From: Candidatus Thermofontivivens primus
Lineage (GTDB): Bacteria > Sysuimicrobiota > Sysuimicrobiia > Sysuimicrobiales > Thermofontiviventaceae
DNA length: 64,000 nucleotides
Direction of reading: 5' to 3'
NCBI GenBank assembly: GCA_031458695.1
Contig: JAVKJW010000008.1
Location: forward strand, 2,967 to 66,966
In this document: in pieces, positions 46,859 through 56,064 of the stretch
Layout of the letters: each line of letters opens with the position of its first letter
Position numbering within the stretch: position 1 is the stretch's first letter
The notes under the pieces: model-generated
Databases searched by the model: none
What the model saw: the letters and a program-made list of their open reading frames with translations, nothing else
Told to the model about the DNA's origin: nothing
Position numbers and translations under genes: made by a program

Positions 46859-47950
46859 TTACTTCTTCCGCTTCCCTAGGCTGTGGATCCCCTTCGCATA
46901 CTGCGCAGCCCACTTCACCGTCTTGTCCTGGTGGCACTGCAAGCATGCGAAGTCCAGGGTCACGTAGTGCTTGGCAAAGGCTCCGTCAGGGGTGAACATC
47001 TTCGCCTCAGGGTCGGTCTTAATCAGGAAGAGGTGGGTCTTTACATCGCCCTTGTATGGACCCAGGCTTACTGCCGATTTCGTGGCCATAGGCATGTGGC
47101 AATCCACACACCTGACCCCGACGCGTTGCATTGTGCTACCAGCGAAGGCGGCCTGAGCAGCAGAATGGCAGGATGCACAGGTGGTGCGGATAGAGAACTC
47201 TGCCTTCTTGTGGGGGTCGTGACAGTCCACGCACGCAAGCTTGCGATGCGGGCTGGCGAGGTGTTCATTGAACTGCTCGTGGTGCTGGATAAACCCACCT
47301 ACAGCGGGAATGGTTGTCGCTTTGCCCCGGATATGGCAGTTGCCGCAGAACCAAGCGGAGCGATCCGTGGCGATCAGCTTCTTGTCTCCTCCTGCCGCGA
47401 TATGCGCCTGGCCGGGGCCATGGCAGGATTCGCACCCCACGCCAGGGAATACCCATGTGCCTACGATGCCGGGGAGGCCACCCTGGCTTCCCTCAGGCGA
47501 ATACCCCGTGGTGTGACACCGACCGCAGTCATATTTCTTGACCTTCCCGGCCTCGTAATCTGCCCAGGCTCCGGTCATCAGGTTATATTGGTTCTTTCCT
47601 GGTTTCCCGGCTGCGGTGGTGATGAAGAACCCTTTCTTGTCGAGGTAACGTGCCTTCCACTTGTATCCCCCCACGACGTAACTGATGTCGTCCCAGGAGT
47701 ACCCGGCAGGCAAGGGGAGAGGCATATTCTTCGCCTGCTCAGCGGGGATCAGGATATAGGGATGACCGGAGACCTTCCAATCGTTGAACTCCCCAGGGTG
47801 GCACTTGAAGCACGCTTCCGACCCTGCATACGGAGATGTTGCTACTTGCCCGGAGGCGGTGCGGAAGGAGAAAACAGAGGGTGCAAACATGACGCTGACC
47901 AGGAAGATCAGCACTCCTACGATGAGGAGAATCCCACGCGCCCTTCTCAT
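46859..47950 (-). CDS. membrane-anchored octaheme c-type cytochrome
   Basis: Eight CxxCH motifs (CFKCH, CGRCH, CESCH, CGNCH, CVDCH, CASCH, CVDCH, CLQCH) and an N-terminal TM anchor ILLIVGVLIFLVSVMF. Confidence 0.85.
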   Translation of the reverse strand: MRRARGILLIVGVLIFLVSVMFAPSVFSFRTASGQVATSPYAGSEACFKCHPGEFNDWKVSGHPYILIPAEQAKNMPLPLPAGYSWDDISYVVGGYKWKARYLDKKGFFITTAAGKPGKNQYNLMTGAWADYEAGKVKKYDCGRCHTTGYSPEGSQGGLPGIVGTWVFPGVGCESCHGPGQAHIAAGGDKKLIATDRSAWFCGNCHIRGKATTIPAVGGFIQHHEQFNEHLASPHRKLACVDCHDPHKKAEFSIRTTCASCHSAAQAAFAGSTMQRVGVRCVDCHMPMATKSAVSLGPYKGDVKTHLFLIKTDPEAKMFTPDGAFAKHYVTLDFACLQCHQDKTVKWAAQYAKGIHSLGKRKK

Positions 47951-48369
47951 CGAGCTCACCTCACGCGCTGGAGGTTTTTCCTTCAACCCTCGTATCTCCA
48001 ATTCCACCCCTTCTTAGCTTATCGGTGAACCTGGAGCATGAGAATCGAACTAGAACTTGATTCTCCATGTGGTGGTCCACAATTTTGCCTCCTACTCAAA
48101 TCCGATGACCAATGTGGTCTTGATGCATGCGTATCGCACAGCGAAGGAAATAGATCTTCGATCTCATCGCGACCACTGGTGGGTAGAAGACAACCTCCCT
48201 CGCCGATCGATGAGGAGGATCCCTTGCCACAATCTGGCGCGATCTGTTCGCAGATCTCATTCATGATCCTTGTGCTGCTAAGCCGGCCTTGTTTCCTTGC
48301 CGAACGAAGGAGCTCTTTGAGGCTGCTAGGACCGATGGAGGGAGGTCCACGTGATTCCAAGGGGAGCGC

Positions 48370-49557
48370 TCATCCTCGGGAGCGCGGGCTGAACACGATA
48401 TTCAGTTTCCCGTCCTCCAACCGCGCGTCCCTGGCATCCAGGCCTGCCAGGGTAAGAGGCAGGAAGATGTTCCGTTTGAATGTTCCCACGCGCACAATGA
48501 GCTCGTGTCCTGTCTGAAGGAGTTCGACTTCGCCCTTCTCCACAAAGGGGAGGGAGAGGGTGAGGATATACCTGTTCCCTTGTTTGGTCACCTTCTGAGG
48601 GGTCCCTTTGTAGTATAACCGGGTGGGGTCATCATCGCCGAAGAGGTGCTCGGCCACCTGGCGAAGCATCTTCACCCCAACAACCTCGTGGGGGAATAAA
48701 GGCACGTGGAGGATGGGAAGGGGGGTGAAGGCCTCCTCAATCATCTGGGCGTACTTCCTTTGGGTTTCGGACCACTGCCCAAAGAGCCCATCCATAGTTC
48801 CCTCTGGGAGTACTTTGTTCACGATAATGGCATCCGTACCATATCCGAACAGGTTAAAGTATGTGTAGGCCCTCTGAGATTCCTTAATGACCATCTTCTC
48901 TAAATTCAGGACAAGGCGGATAGAGGTCGTGGAGGTATCCGCCAGAATCTCCTTCATCTCCTCCACAGCGTGCAGGAGGTTTTGGGCAGCGACAAAGACG
49001 TCATCTGTCGGCAGGGGAAGGCGAATGAGCGGTTGTACCACCGGACGCACCACTCGAGTCGCGGCACGTCCAATTGGGAAGAGCTTCTCCAGCCACCACC
49101 GTGCCATATCCGGGAAACCGAGGAGTTGTATGGTTTCTCCCGTAGGGGCGCAGTCGACGACGATGACATCGTAGTTCCCTTCCCGTGCGAGATGGCTCAA
49201 CTGGAGAAGACTGCTGATTTCCTCCATGCCCGGGAGGTTGGCCAGCTCTTCGCTCGTGATCTCATCGACGCCCTGCGATGCCAGGAGTGTGGAGAGGTAC
49301 GCCTTGAGGACGCCCCAGTACTTCTCCAGCTGGTACAGGGAGTCGACCTCTTGCGCCCACAGGTTCTCGCCCACCTTCACGACCTCGTTGCCAATGGGAG
49401 ATTCCAGGGAATCACCCAGGCTGTGCGCTGTGTCGGTGCTCATGACGAGGGTCCGGTAGCCGAGGTCGGCACACCGGATCGCGGTGGCCGCAGCGACGGT
49501 GGTCTTCCCTACTCCACCCTTCCCAGTGTAGAGGATGACGCGCTTGACCATCCCCAT
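48370..49557 (-). CDS. ArsA/Get3-family single-domain anion-transporting-type ATPase
   Basis: YTGKGGVGKTTVAAATA P-loop plus the DTAHSLGDSL motif of the ArsA family. ~395 aa. Confidence 0.8.
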   Translation of the reverse strand: MGMVKRVILYTGKGGVGKTTVAAATAIRCADLGYRTLVMSTDTAHSLGDSLESPIGNEVVKVGENLWAQEVDSLYQLEKYWGVLKAYLSTLLASQGVDEITSEELANLPGMEEISSLLQLSHLAREGNYDVIVVDCAPTGETIQLLGFPDMARWWLEKLFPIGRAATRVVRPVVQPLIRLPLPTDDVFVAAQNLLHAVEEMKEILADTSTTSIRLVLNLEKMVIKESQRAYTYFNLFGYGTDAIIVNKVLPEGTMDGLFGQWSETQRKYAQMIEEAFTPLPILHVPLFPHEVVGVKMLRQVAEHLFGDDDPTRLYYKGTPQKVTKQGNRYILTLSLPFVEKGEVELLQTGHELIVRVGTFKRNIFLPLTLAGLDARDARLEDGKLNIVFSPRSRG

Positions 49558-49572
49558 GCGTGAGGAGGAACC

Positions 49573-49815
49573 TTACTTGACCACGACGCGTTTTGGCCTC
49601 TTGGACTCGGGCTTTGGTTGGGTCCGGGCGATGGCCACGTCGATCATCGCCCGCATTGCCTCGAGGAACTCCCGCAGGGCGTTCGTGAGATGGTGCTGGA
49701 CCTCCGCGGGAATAGCACCTTCCAGTGCATTCCAGAACCGTTCCTCCAGTTCTGCCGCGACCCTCATGGGCCGCACTCTCCCGCGCCGGGGTTGCGGCAT
49801 CTTCCTCACCTCCAT
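49573..49815 (-). CDS. hypothetical 80-aa protein downstream of the ArsA-like gene
   Basis: MEVRKMPQPRRGRVRPMRVAAELEERFWNALEG... No SD-like sequence upstream. Low confidence. Confidence 0.3.
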   Translation of the reverse strand: MEVRKMPQPRRGRVRPMRVAAELEERFWNALEGAIPAEVQHHLTNALREFLEAMRAMIDVAIARTQPKPESKRPKRVVVK

Positions 49816-49888
49816 GGCCAATGGCTTGAGGAGCCGGCCAACTCCATTATAGCAAAGCTTCCCGGCCACGGCCGCTTTTTGGGGGGCG

Positions 49889-51559
49889 TTAGGATCTCGT
49901 GTAGAGACGCCGGAGGGCGCATGCTGCAGTGAACTCCGCGAGGGCTCCAAACAACCCTTCCGCCTGCGCTTCCTTCTCCTCCGGCGGTAAGGCCAGGTGC
50001 GATCTGACCCGTTCATCCATTTCCTGGAGGGCTTCTCGATCTGCGTACGGGGCGAGGTGCAAGAACAGCTGGTGGTGGGCTTCCCGGCGTTCCATGACCT
50101 CAAGGCCATCCAAAATCTGCCTGTGCGGGGTTCCTTCCCATATGGGGAGGATCATAGCCTCCCGGAGCAGTCGCTCTACAGAATACTCGGCTAACACGCC
50201 AGCACCACCATGGACTTCCATCGTCCATTTGGCTGTCTGGACTGCTACCTCTGCTGTCCAGTATTTCGCCAGGTGTGCGACGAGGCGGAAGAGGTGGTAC
50301 CGGCCAGAGTATCTTGGGGTCTCCAGCCAAACTTCGTCGAGGAGCTGCACAGCTTCCCAGGCAAGGGCGAATGCGAGCTGGAGGGTCCTCACACGCTCCT
50401 CAAACTGCTGGTGAAGCAGGGGGTGGTCAAGGATGCGCTTGCCGAAGGCGACACGTCCTTCCGAGAAGGCAAGTGCTTCCTGGATTGCCCGCTGGGCCAG
50501 AGCGACGCTTCCTATACTGTTGGCGACGCGGGAGATGTTAAGGACCTCCAGAATGAGGTAGATCCCCCATTCGGGTTTGCCAAGGAGATAGGCTACACTG
50601 TCGAGAAGCTCTACCTCCCCGGTAGGAACAGAGCGTGTGCCGATTTTATCCTTCAGGCGGCGGATGAAGTAGTTGAGCCGCCCATCCTCCAGCCTCCTTG
50701 GGAGGAGGAAGAGCGCCAGGCCGCGAACTCCGGGCGGTGCCCCCTCTGGCCTGGCTGCCACCACCGCAACATCCGCTCCCACATTGCTGGCGAAGTACTT
50801 CTCTCCCCTCAGGAGCCAGTAGTCTCCCTGGGGTCGGGCCACTGTCTCCACGCTAGCTCCAAGGTCCGAACCTCCCTTTACCTCTGTCATCCAGGTTGCA
50901 CCCTGCCAAGCGTTGCCATCCCTGCGGAGCAGAGGTGGGAGGTACTTTGTCTTCACCGCCTCGCTTCCATACTTCCAAAGGGGGACACCCGTTGAGAGGG
51001 TGACGGTATAAGGACAGTAGACCCCTGGGTCATAAAAAGAGGTGACGTACCCAAAGAGATAAAAAGGGAGGAGGGTCCTTTCCTCAAAGACCCGCCAGAC
51101 CGCCCCTGCCTTATAGCCCGTCTGAAGCATCTCCCAGTACTCTGGAGGGTACTGGATCTCATCCACACGATTGCCAAAACGGTCGAACATTCGGAGCCAA
51201 GGAGTACCTAAGCGATCAATAAAAGAGGAAATCGCTTTCCCCCTCTCCTCCCACCATCGTTCGTACTCTTCCAGTTGGGCGCGGAGGGCAAAGTCTCTGA
51301 AGGTTTCCTGGAGGAAGCGCGTGGGTGACCGGACAAAATTCCAGCTCACGTTGGACCCTCCTGGTTCCGATTCAGTTTCTAAGGGGAAGTATTCTCCTTG
51401 TCTTGAGGTGGACCTTTCGGAGGACAGGGATGGAGCTCCAACGAAATCTTTTGACAGATGGTGTGTGATGCGGGCTGTCTGGCGAATATGCAATTCGTGG
51501 CTCGCTCGTTCATGCGCTTGCCTGAGAGAGGAATCGGGTACAAGCCCGATAGCGTCCAA
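49889..51559 (-). CDS. acyl-CoA dehydrogenase family protein (AidB-like, ~556 aa)
   Basis: ACAD middle and C-terminal domains (EVKGGSDLGASVETVARPQGDYWLLRGEKYFASN). TTG start as drawn, so the true start is uncertain. Confidence 0.7.
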   Translation of the reverse strand: MDAIGLVPDSSLRQAHERASHELHIRQTARITHHLSKDFVGAPSLSSERSTSRQGEYFPLETESEPGGSNVSWNFVRSPTRFLQETFRDFALRAQLEEYERWWEERGKAISSFIDRLGTPWLRMFDRFGNRVDEIQYPPEYWEMLQTGYKAGAVWRVFEERTLLPFYLFGYVTSFYDPGVYCPYTVTLSTGVPLWKYGSEAVKTKYLPPLLRRDGNAWQGATWMTEVKGGSDLGASVETVARPQGDYWLLRGEKYFASNVGADVAVVAARPEGAPPGVRGLALFLLPRRLEDGRLNYFIRRLKDKIGTRSVPTGEVELLDSVAYLLGKPEWGIYLILEVLNISRVANSIGSVALAQRAIQEALAFSEGRVAFGKRILDHPLLHQQFEERVRTLQLAFALAWEAVQLLDEVWLETPRYSGRYHLFRLVAHLAKYWTAEVAVQTAKWTMEVHGGAGVLAEYSVERLLREAMILPIWEGTPHRQILDGLEVMERREAHHQLFLHLAPYADREALQEMDERVRSHLALPPEEKEAQAEGLFGALAEFTAACALRRLYTRS

Positions 51560-51696
51560 GGCTTCCTCTTCGCTAAGATGGAAGTGGCCCTGTGGAGATC
51601 TTTGGACAAGATTCCACCGGAAACGCTGAGCTTTCAGGTGGAGCCGCGGATCACGTCAAAAACCTTCTGTCAAGGGACTGAGAAGGGGGTGGTGGG

Positions 51697-52269
51697 GTGA
51701 TTGAGATCCGAATCCATGGCCGCGGAGGCCAGGGAGCGGTGGTCGCTTCGAAAATCCTCGCTGATGCGGCCTTTCGTGAAGGGCACTCCGTCCAGACTTT
51801 TCCCCAGTTTGGCGTAGAACGACGCGGTGCGCCGGTTGCTGCTTTCGTCCGCATTGCCGATCCCGACGAGCCCCTCTGGATTCGCTGCCACGTCACCACA
51901 CCCCATATCGTTATCGTCCTCGATGCTACCCTGTTGGAAACTGCCGGGATCCTAGAAGGTTTGCGCGATGGAGGGATCGTCCTGGTGAACTCCCCGCAGC
52001 CTCCAGATGCCCTGGCGATCCCATCCAAGTACCAGGTGGCTACTGTGGATGCTTCGGCGATTGCACTCAAACACAAGCTTGGCACGCGGACCCAACCCAT
52101 TGTGAACACCGCGATCTTAGGTGCGTTCGTGAAGGTGACGCGGTTGGTCCGGTTGGAGTCCGTGCTGGAGGCAATCCGCGAAAACGTCCCCGTAGACCCC
52201 GAAGGGAACGTCCGTGCTGCGGAGGAGGCATTCGCAACTGTCCTGTCAAGCGCACGCGCAGCGGCATGA
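51697..52269 (+). CDS. 2-oxoacid:ferredoxin oxidoreductase gamma subunit (PorG-like)
   Basis: MIEIRIHGRGGQGAVVASKILADAAFREGHSVQTFPQFG. GTG start after GAGAAGGGGGTGGTGG. Confidence 0.85.
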   Translation: MIEIRIHGRGGQGAVVASKILADAAFREGHSVQTFPQFGVERRGAPVAAFVRIADPDEPLWIRCHVTTPHIVIVLDATLLETAGILEGLRDGGIVLVNSPQPPDALAIPSKYQVATVDASAIALKHKLGTRTQPIVNTAILGAFVKVTRLVRLESVLEAIRENVPVDPEGNVRAAEEAFATVLSSARAAA

Positions 52270-52282
52270 GGAGGGATCTCCC

Positions 52283-53953
52283 ATGGGCTCCGATTCGATG
52301 CAGGACCTTCCAGATGCTCCCCTCTCCTGGGGAGACACGCGCTGGAACAAGACGGGGAACTGGCGCCACATGCGTCCTGAAGTGCGCGAGCGTGCTGCGC
52401 CTTGTGCCAAGGCCTGCCCGCTCGGAAACCCTATTCCCAAGGTGATGACTGCCGTGTCCCGGGGGGATCTGGAGGAAGCGGCCCGTCTTCTCCTTGAGCG
52501 TAACCCTTTCCCCGCGATTACCGGAAGGGTTTGCCCACACCCTTGTGAAGTGGGGTGCAACCGGAGGCGCTACGACGAACCCCTGGCGATCCGGTCCATT
52601 GAGCGCCTCGTGGGGGATTGGATCCAAGAACACAGGACGGTTTACTTTCCCTCCGAGACAGGCAAGCGCGTGGCGATCGTTGGATCAGGGCCAGCCGGCC
52701 TCGCGGCAGCCAGCTACCTCCGGCGACAGGGACATCGCGTGGTGGTGTACGACCGGAACGACCGTGTGGGAGGAATGCTGGTGGATGCCATCCCCAGTTA
52801 TCGTCTTCCCCGGAGCGTTGTAGAACGGGAGGCGCGAGCGCTCGAACAGATGGGGGTAGTTTTCCAGCTTGGTGTGACCATCGGGCGCGATGTCTCTGTG
52901 GAGCAGCTTCTTTCCAGTTATGATGCGGTCCTTGTGGCCACTGGCGCACACGGAGAGCGGAGGATGGGGATCCCAGGCGAAGAGCACTTCCTCGGAGGTT
53001 TGGAGTTCCTCCGCGCGGTGCGGCGGGGAGAGAGGAAACCTCCTGGCCGTCGGGTGGCGGTGGTGGGCGGGGGAAACGTGGCGATCGACGTGGCTCGTAC
53101 CCTTGTCCGCTTGGGCGCTTCCCCTGTGATCCTCTACCGCCGGACCCGTAAGGAGATGCCGGCGATTGAGGAGGAGGTGGAGCGTGCTGAGGCCGACGGG
53201 GTGGAATTCCAGTTCCTCACCCTCCCCACATCTGCCGTCAAGCTGGACGGGTACCTTCGTCTTGTGGTGGTCCGAATGCAGCTCGGAGAGCGCGATCGCA
53301 CCGGGCGGCCGCGGCCAGTTCCTATTCCTGGGTCGGAGTTCGAGCTGGAGTGTGACGCAGCCATCCGGGCAATTGGGGAGGTCGCCGAGACAGAATTCCT
53401 GCCCAGGGAAGTCCTGGACGACCAGGGATGGGTTGTTGCCGACAAATTTACAGGGGCGACAAAGAGGGCCGGGCTGTTTGTCGCTGGAGATCTTGTAACA
53501 GGGCCGGCAACAGTTGTGGAAGCGATTGCAGCAGGGCTCAGGGCAGGCAGGGCCATTGACCGGTTCGTGCGGGGGGAGGCTCTTCCCGTGCAGGAGAAGC
53601 CTCTGCCCACAGTTCCCCTCAAGGAGATCAACCTTGATTACTTCCCAAGGGCGTCCCGGGTCTCGATTCCGGAGCTTCCCCTCGCGGCGCGTTGCAAGAC
53701 CTTCGATGAAGAGATCCTAGGCTTGGACCTCAATTCTGCTAGGGGGGAAGCGGCACGTTGTTTTAGCTGCGGGAGTTGCAACCTTTGCGCCAACTGCTGG
53801 ATCTTCTGCCCCGATGCGGCAATCCACCTTGATGGCGATCTTCCCTGGGTGAACCTCGAGTACTGCAAAGGGTGCGGCGTCTGCGCAACGGAGTGCCCGC
53901 GTGGGGTCATCACCATGAAGGAGGAGCTGGCGAGAGAGGGGGCGGTCGCCTGA
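52283..53953 (+). CDS. fusion protein: GltD-like NAD(P)H-dependent FAD/FeS oxidoreductase + PorD-type 2x[4Fe-4S] delta subunit
   Basis: N-terminal CAKACPLGNPIP...RVCPHPCEVGCN...VAIVGSGPAGLAAA (glutamate-synthase small-subunit-like). C-terminal CGSCNLCANCWIFCP and CKGCGVCATECP ferredoxin motifs. RBS GAGGAGGG. Confidence 0.8.
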   Translation: MGSDSMQDLPDAPLSWGDTRWNKTGNWRHMRPEVRERAAPCAKACPLGNPIPKVMTAVSRGDLEEAARLLLERNPFPAITGRVCPHPCEVGCNRRRYDEPLAIRSIERLVGDWIQEHRTVYFPSETGKRVAIVGSGPAGLAAASYLRRQGHRVVVYDRNDRVGGMLVDAIPSYRLPRSVVEREARALEQMGVVFQLGVTIGRDVSVEQLLSSYDAVLVATGAHGERRMGIPGEEHFLGGLEFLRAVRRGERKPPGRRVAVVGGGNVAIDVARTLVRLGASPVILYRRTRKEMPAIEEEVERAEADGVEFQFLTLPTSAVKLDGYLRLVVVRMQLGERDRTGRPRPVPIPGSEFELECDAAIRAIGEVAETEFLPREVLDDQGWVVADKFTGATKRAGLFVAGDLVTGPATVVEAIAAGLRAGRAIDRFVRGEALPVQEKPLPTVPLKEINLDYFPRASRVSIPELPLAARCKTFDEEILGLDLNSARGEAARCFSCGSCNLCANCWIFCPDAAIHLDGDLPWVNLEYCKGCGVCATECPRGVITMKEELAREGAVA

Positions 53954-55119
53954 TGATTACCGCGAGCGCGACAAAGGTCATCACGGGAAACCACGCCGTG
54001 AGCTACGGCGTTCTCCTCAGCCGGGTTCAGGTCATCTCAGCCTACCCCATCACCCCCCAGACGCAGGTAGTGGAACTCCTCTCCGAGTTCGTGGCCAGCG
54101 GGAAGATGGCTGCGCGATTCATCACCGTGGAGTCCGAGCACTCCGCCATGGCCGCCTGCATTGGCGCCGCGTCCGTGGGAGCCAGGACATTCACAGCAAC
54201 TTCCTCCCAGGGCCTTGCCCTCATGCATGAGATGCTTCACTGGGCATCGGGGGCGCGGCTCCCCATTGTGATGGCGAATATCAATCGTGCCCTTGCCCCT
54301 CCTTGGTCCATCTGGACTGATCAGACCGATTCCCTTGCCCAGCGCGATACTGGGTGGATGCAGATCTACGTGGAGACAAGCCAGGAGGCCCTCGATTCCA
54401 TCATCCTCGGGTTCAAGGTCTCTGAGCGTGTCCTTTTACCCACCATGGTCGTTTTGGATGCCTTCCTGCTCTCGCACACCGCCGAGCCTGTCGAGATCTA
54501 CGACCAGGGGAGGGTTGATGAGTTCCTCCCTCCTTTCTCTGCTCCCTATCGCCTGAAGCCTGGTGTGCCTCAAGCACTCGGGGGGCTCGCCGATCCAGGG
54601 GTCTACTTCGAATTCCGGGTGAAGCTCCAAGAGGCCATGGAGAAGGCAAGGGAAGCCATCCTCGAAGAGGGGAAGCGTTTCGCCAAGCTTTTCGGGCGGT
54701 TCTATGGCCTCGTCCAGGAGGAGTTCATGGAAGACGCCGAGATGGTGATCGTGACGGCGGGGGCCATGGCGGGAACTGCCAGGGCCGCTGTCCGGGAGCT
54801 GAGAAACGAGGGCCGGAAGGTAGGGCTCGTGCGGATTCGCGTCTTCCGTCCCTTCCCCTTTGTAGAACTTCGGCAAATCCTGGGAGGGCGAAAGAAAGTG
54901 GCTGTGCTCGACCGCAACCTCTCCCTGGGTCACCACGGGATCTTCTACGAGGAGGTGAAGTCCGCGCTTTACCCCATGGCTGCACGACCCTTAGTGGTGG
55001 GATACGTGCTTGGGCTTGGAGGGCGCGATGTCCGGCCTGAGGATATCCAAGCCATCGTAGACGATCTGGAGATGCGGGAAGAAGCGCCGGAAATCGTCTG
55101 GTGGGGGGTGAAGCGATGA
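53953..55119 (+). CDS. 2-oxoacid:ferredoxin oxidoreductase alpha subunit (PorA-like)
   Basis: MITASATKVITGNHAVSYGVLLSRVQVISAYPITPQT. Overlaps the previous gene by TGATG. Confidence 0.85.
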   Translation: MITASATKVITGNHAVSYGVLLSRVQVISAYPITPQTQVVELLSEFVASGKMAARFITVESEHSAMAACIGAASVGARTFTATSSQGLALMHEMLHWASGARLPIVMANINRALAPPWSIWTDQTDSLAQRDTGWMQIYVETSQEALDSIILGFKVSERVLLPTMVVLDAFLLSHTAEPVEIYDQGRVDEFLPPFSAPYRLKPGVPQALGGLADPGVYFEFRVKLQEAMEKAREAILEEGKRFAKLFGRFYGLVQEEFMEDAEMVIVTAGAMAGTARAAVRELRNEGRKVGLVRIRVFRPFPFVELRQILGGRKKVAVLDRNLSLGHHGIFYEEVKSALYPMAARPLVVGYVLGLGGRDVRPEDIQAIVDDLEMREEAPEIVWWGVKR

Positions 55120-56060
55120 GGACGGGGACGTTGCTGTGGGCAGGACTGGAGGTCCCACAGGAAGAGTACCTCCACCCCGGCCACCTGGCCTGCCAGGGGT
55201 GCGGGGCAGCGCTCGCCATGCGCCTTGTCCTGAAAGCGGTGGGAGGGGATGTGATGGTGGTGCTCCCGGCCTGCTGCTGGACGATCATCGACGGGCCTTT
55301 TCCCTACCACGCTCTCAGAGTTCCCCTCCTCCATACTGCGTTTGAGACGGCAGCAGCGGCAGCAGCGGGGGTGAAGGCGGGGCTTGAGGTTCTGGGGGAT
55401 ACAAGGACCCAGGTGATCGCCTGGGCAGGGGATGGAGGTACTTTCGACATCGGTCTCCAGGCTCTTTCAGGAGCTGCAGAGCGGAACGAGGACATCCTCT
55501 ACATCTGCTACGACAACGAAGCCTATATGAACACAGGGATCCAGCGGAGCAGCGCCACCCCCCTCGGCGCCTGGACAACCACAACACCCGAGGCGCACCC
55601 GGAGGATCGCCCCAAGAAAGACTTAATGGCCATCATGGCCGCCCACCGCATCCCCTATGCTGCGACGGCGACGGTCGCCTTTCCCGATGACCTCATCCGG
55701 AAGGCCCGCAAGGCCAAGGGGATCAGGGGTACGCGTCTATTACATATCCTTGCGCCCTGCCCGCCGGGATGGCGCATGGAGAGCGAGCGGATGATCAAGG
55801 TCTCCCGCCTCGCCGTGGCCACAGGAGCTTTTCCCCTCTTCGAGGTGGAGGAGGGAACACGGTATACCCTGACTTATCGCCCCGCAGGGCTCCCCCTGAA
55901 GGAGTATCTGAAGCTCCAAGGGAGATTCGCGCATCTCACCGAAGACCAGATCGCCGTTTTGGAGAAGCAGGTAGAGGCGCGCTGGAAGGAGCTCTTGGAG
56001 TTGCATGCCCGAACCCACGGAACAGTCGAAGATATCCCTGTAGTTCCCTTTGGAGGGTGA
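55116..56060 (+). CDS. 2-oxoacid:ferredoxin oxidoreductase beta subunit (TPP-binding, PorB-like)
   Basis: CQGCGAALA...GDGGTFDIGLQALSGAAERNEDILYICYDNEAYMNTG is the TPP motif. ATGA overlap with the alpha subunit. Confidence 0.85.
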   Translation: MRTGTLLWAGLEVPQEEYLHPGHLACQGCGAALAMRLVLKAVGGDVMVVLPACCWTIIDGPFPYHALRVPLLHTAFETAAAAAAGVKAGLEVLGDTRTQVIAWAGDGGTFDIGLQALSGAAERNEDILYICYDNEAYMNTGIQRSSATPLGAWTTTTPEAHPEDRPKKDLMAIMAAHRIPYAATATVAFPDDLIRKARKAKGIRGTRLLHILAPCPPGWRMESERMIKVSRLAVATGAFPLFEVEEGTRYTLTYRPAGLPLKEYLKLQGRFAHLTEDQIAVLEKQVEARWKELLELHARTHGTVEDIPVVPFGG

Positions 56061-56064
56061 GAGA

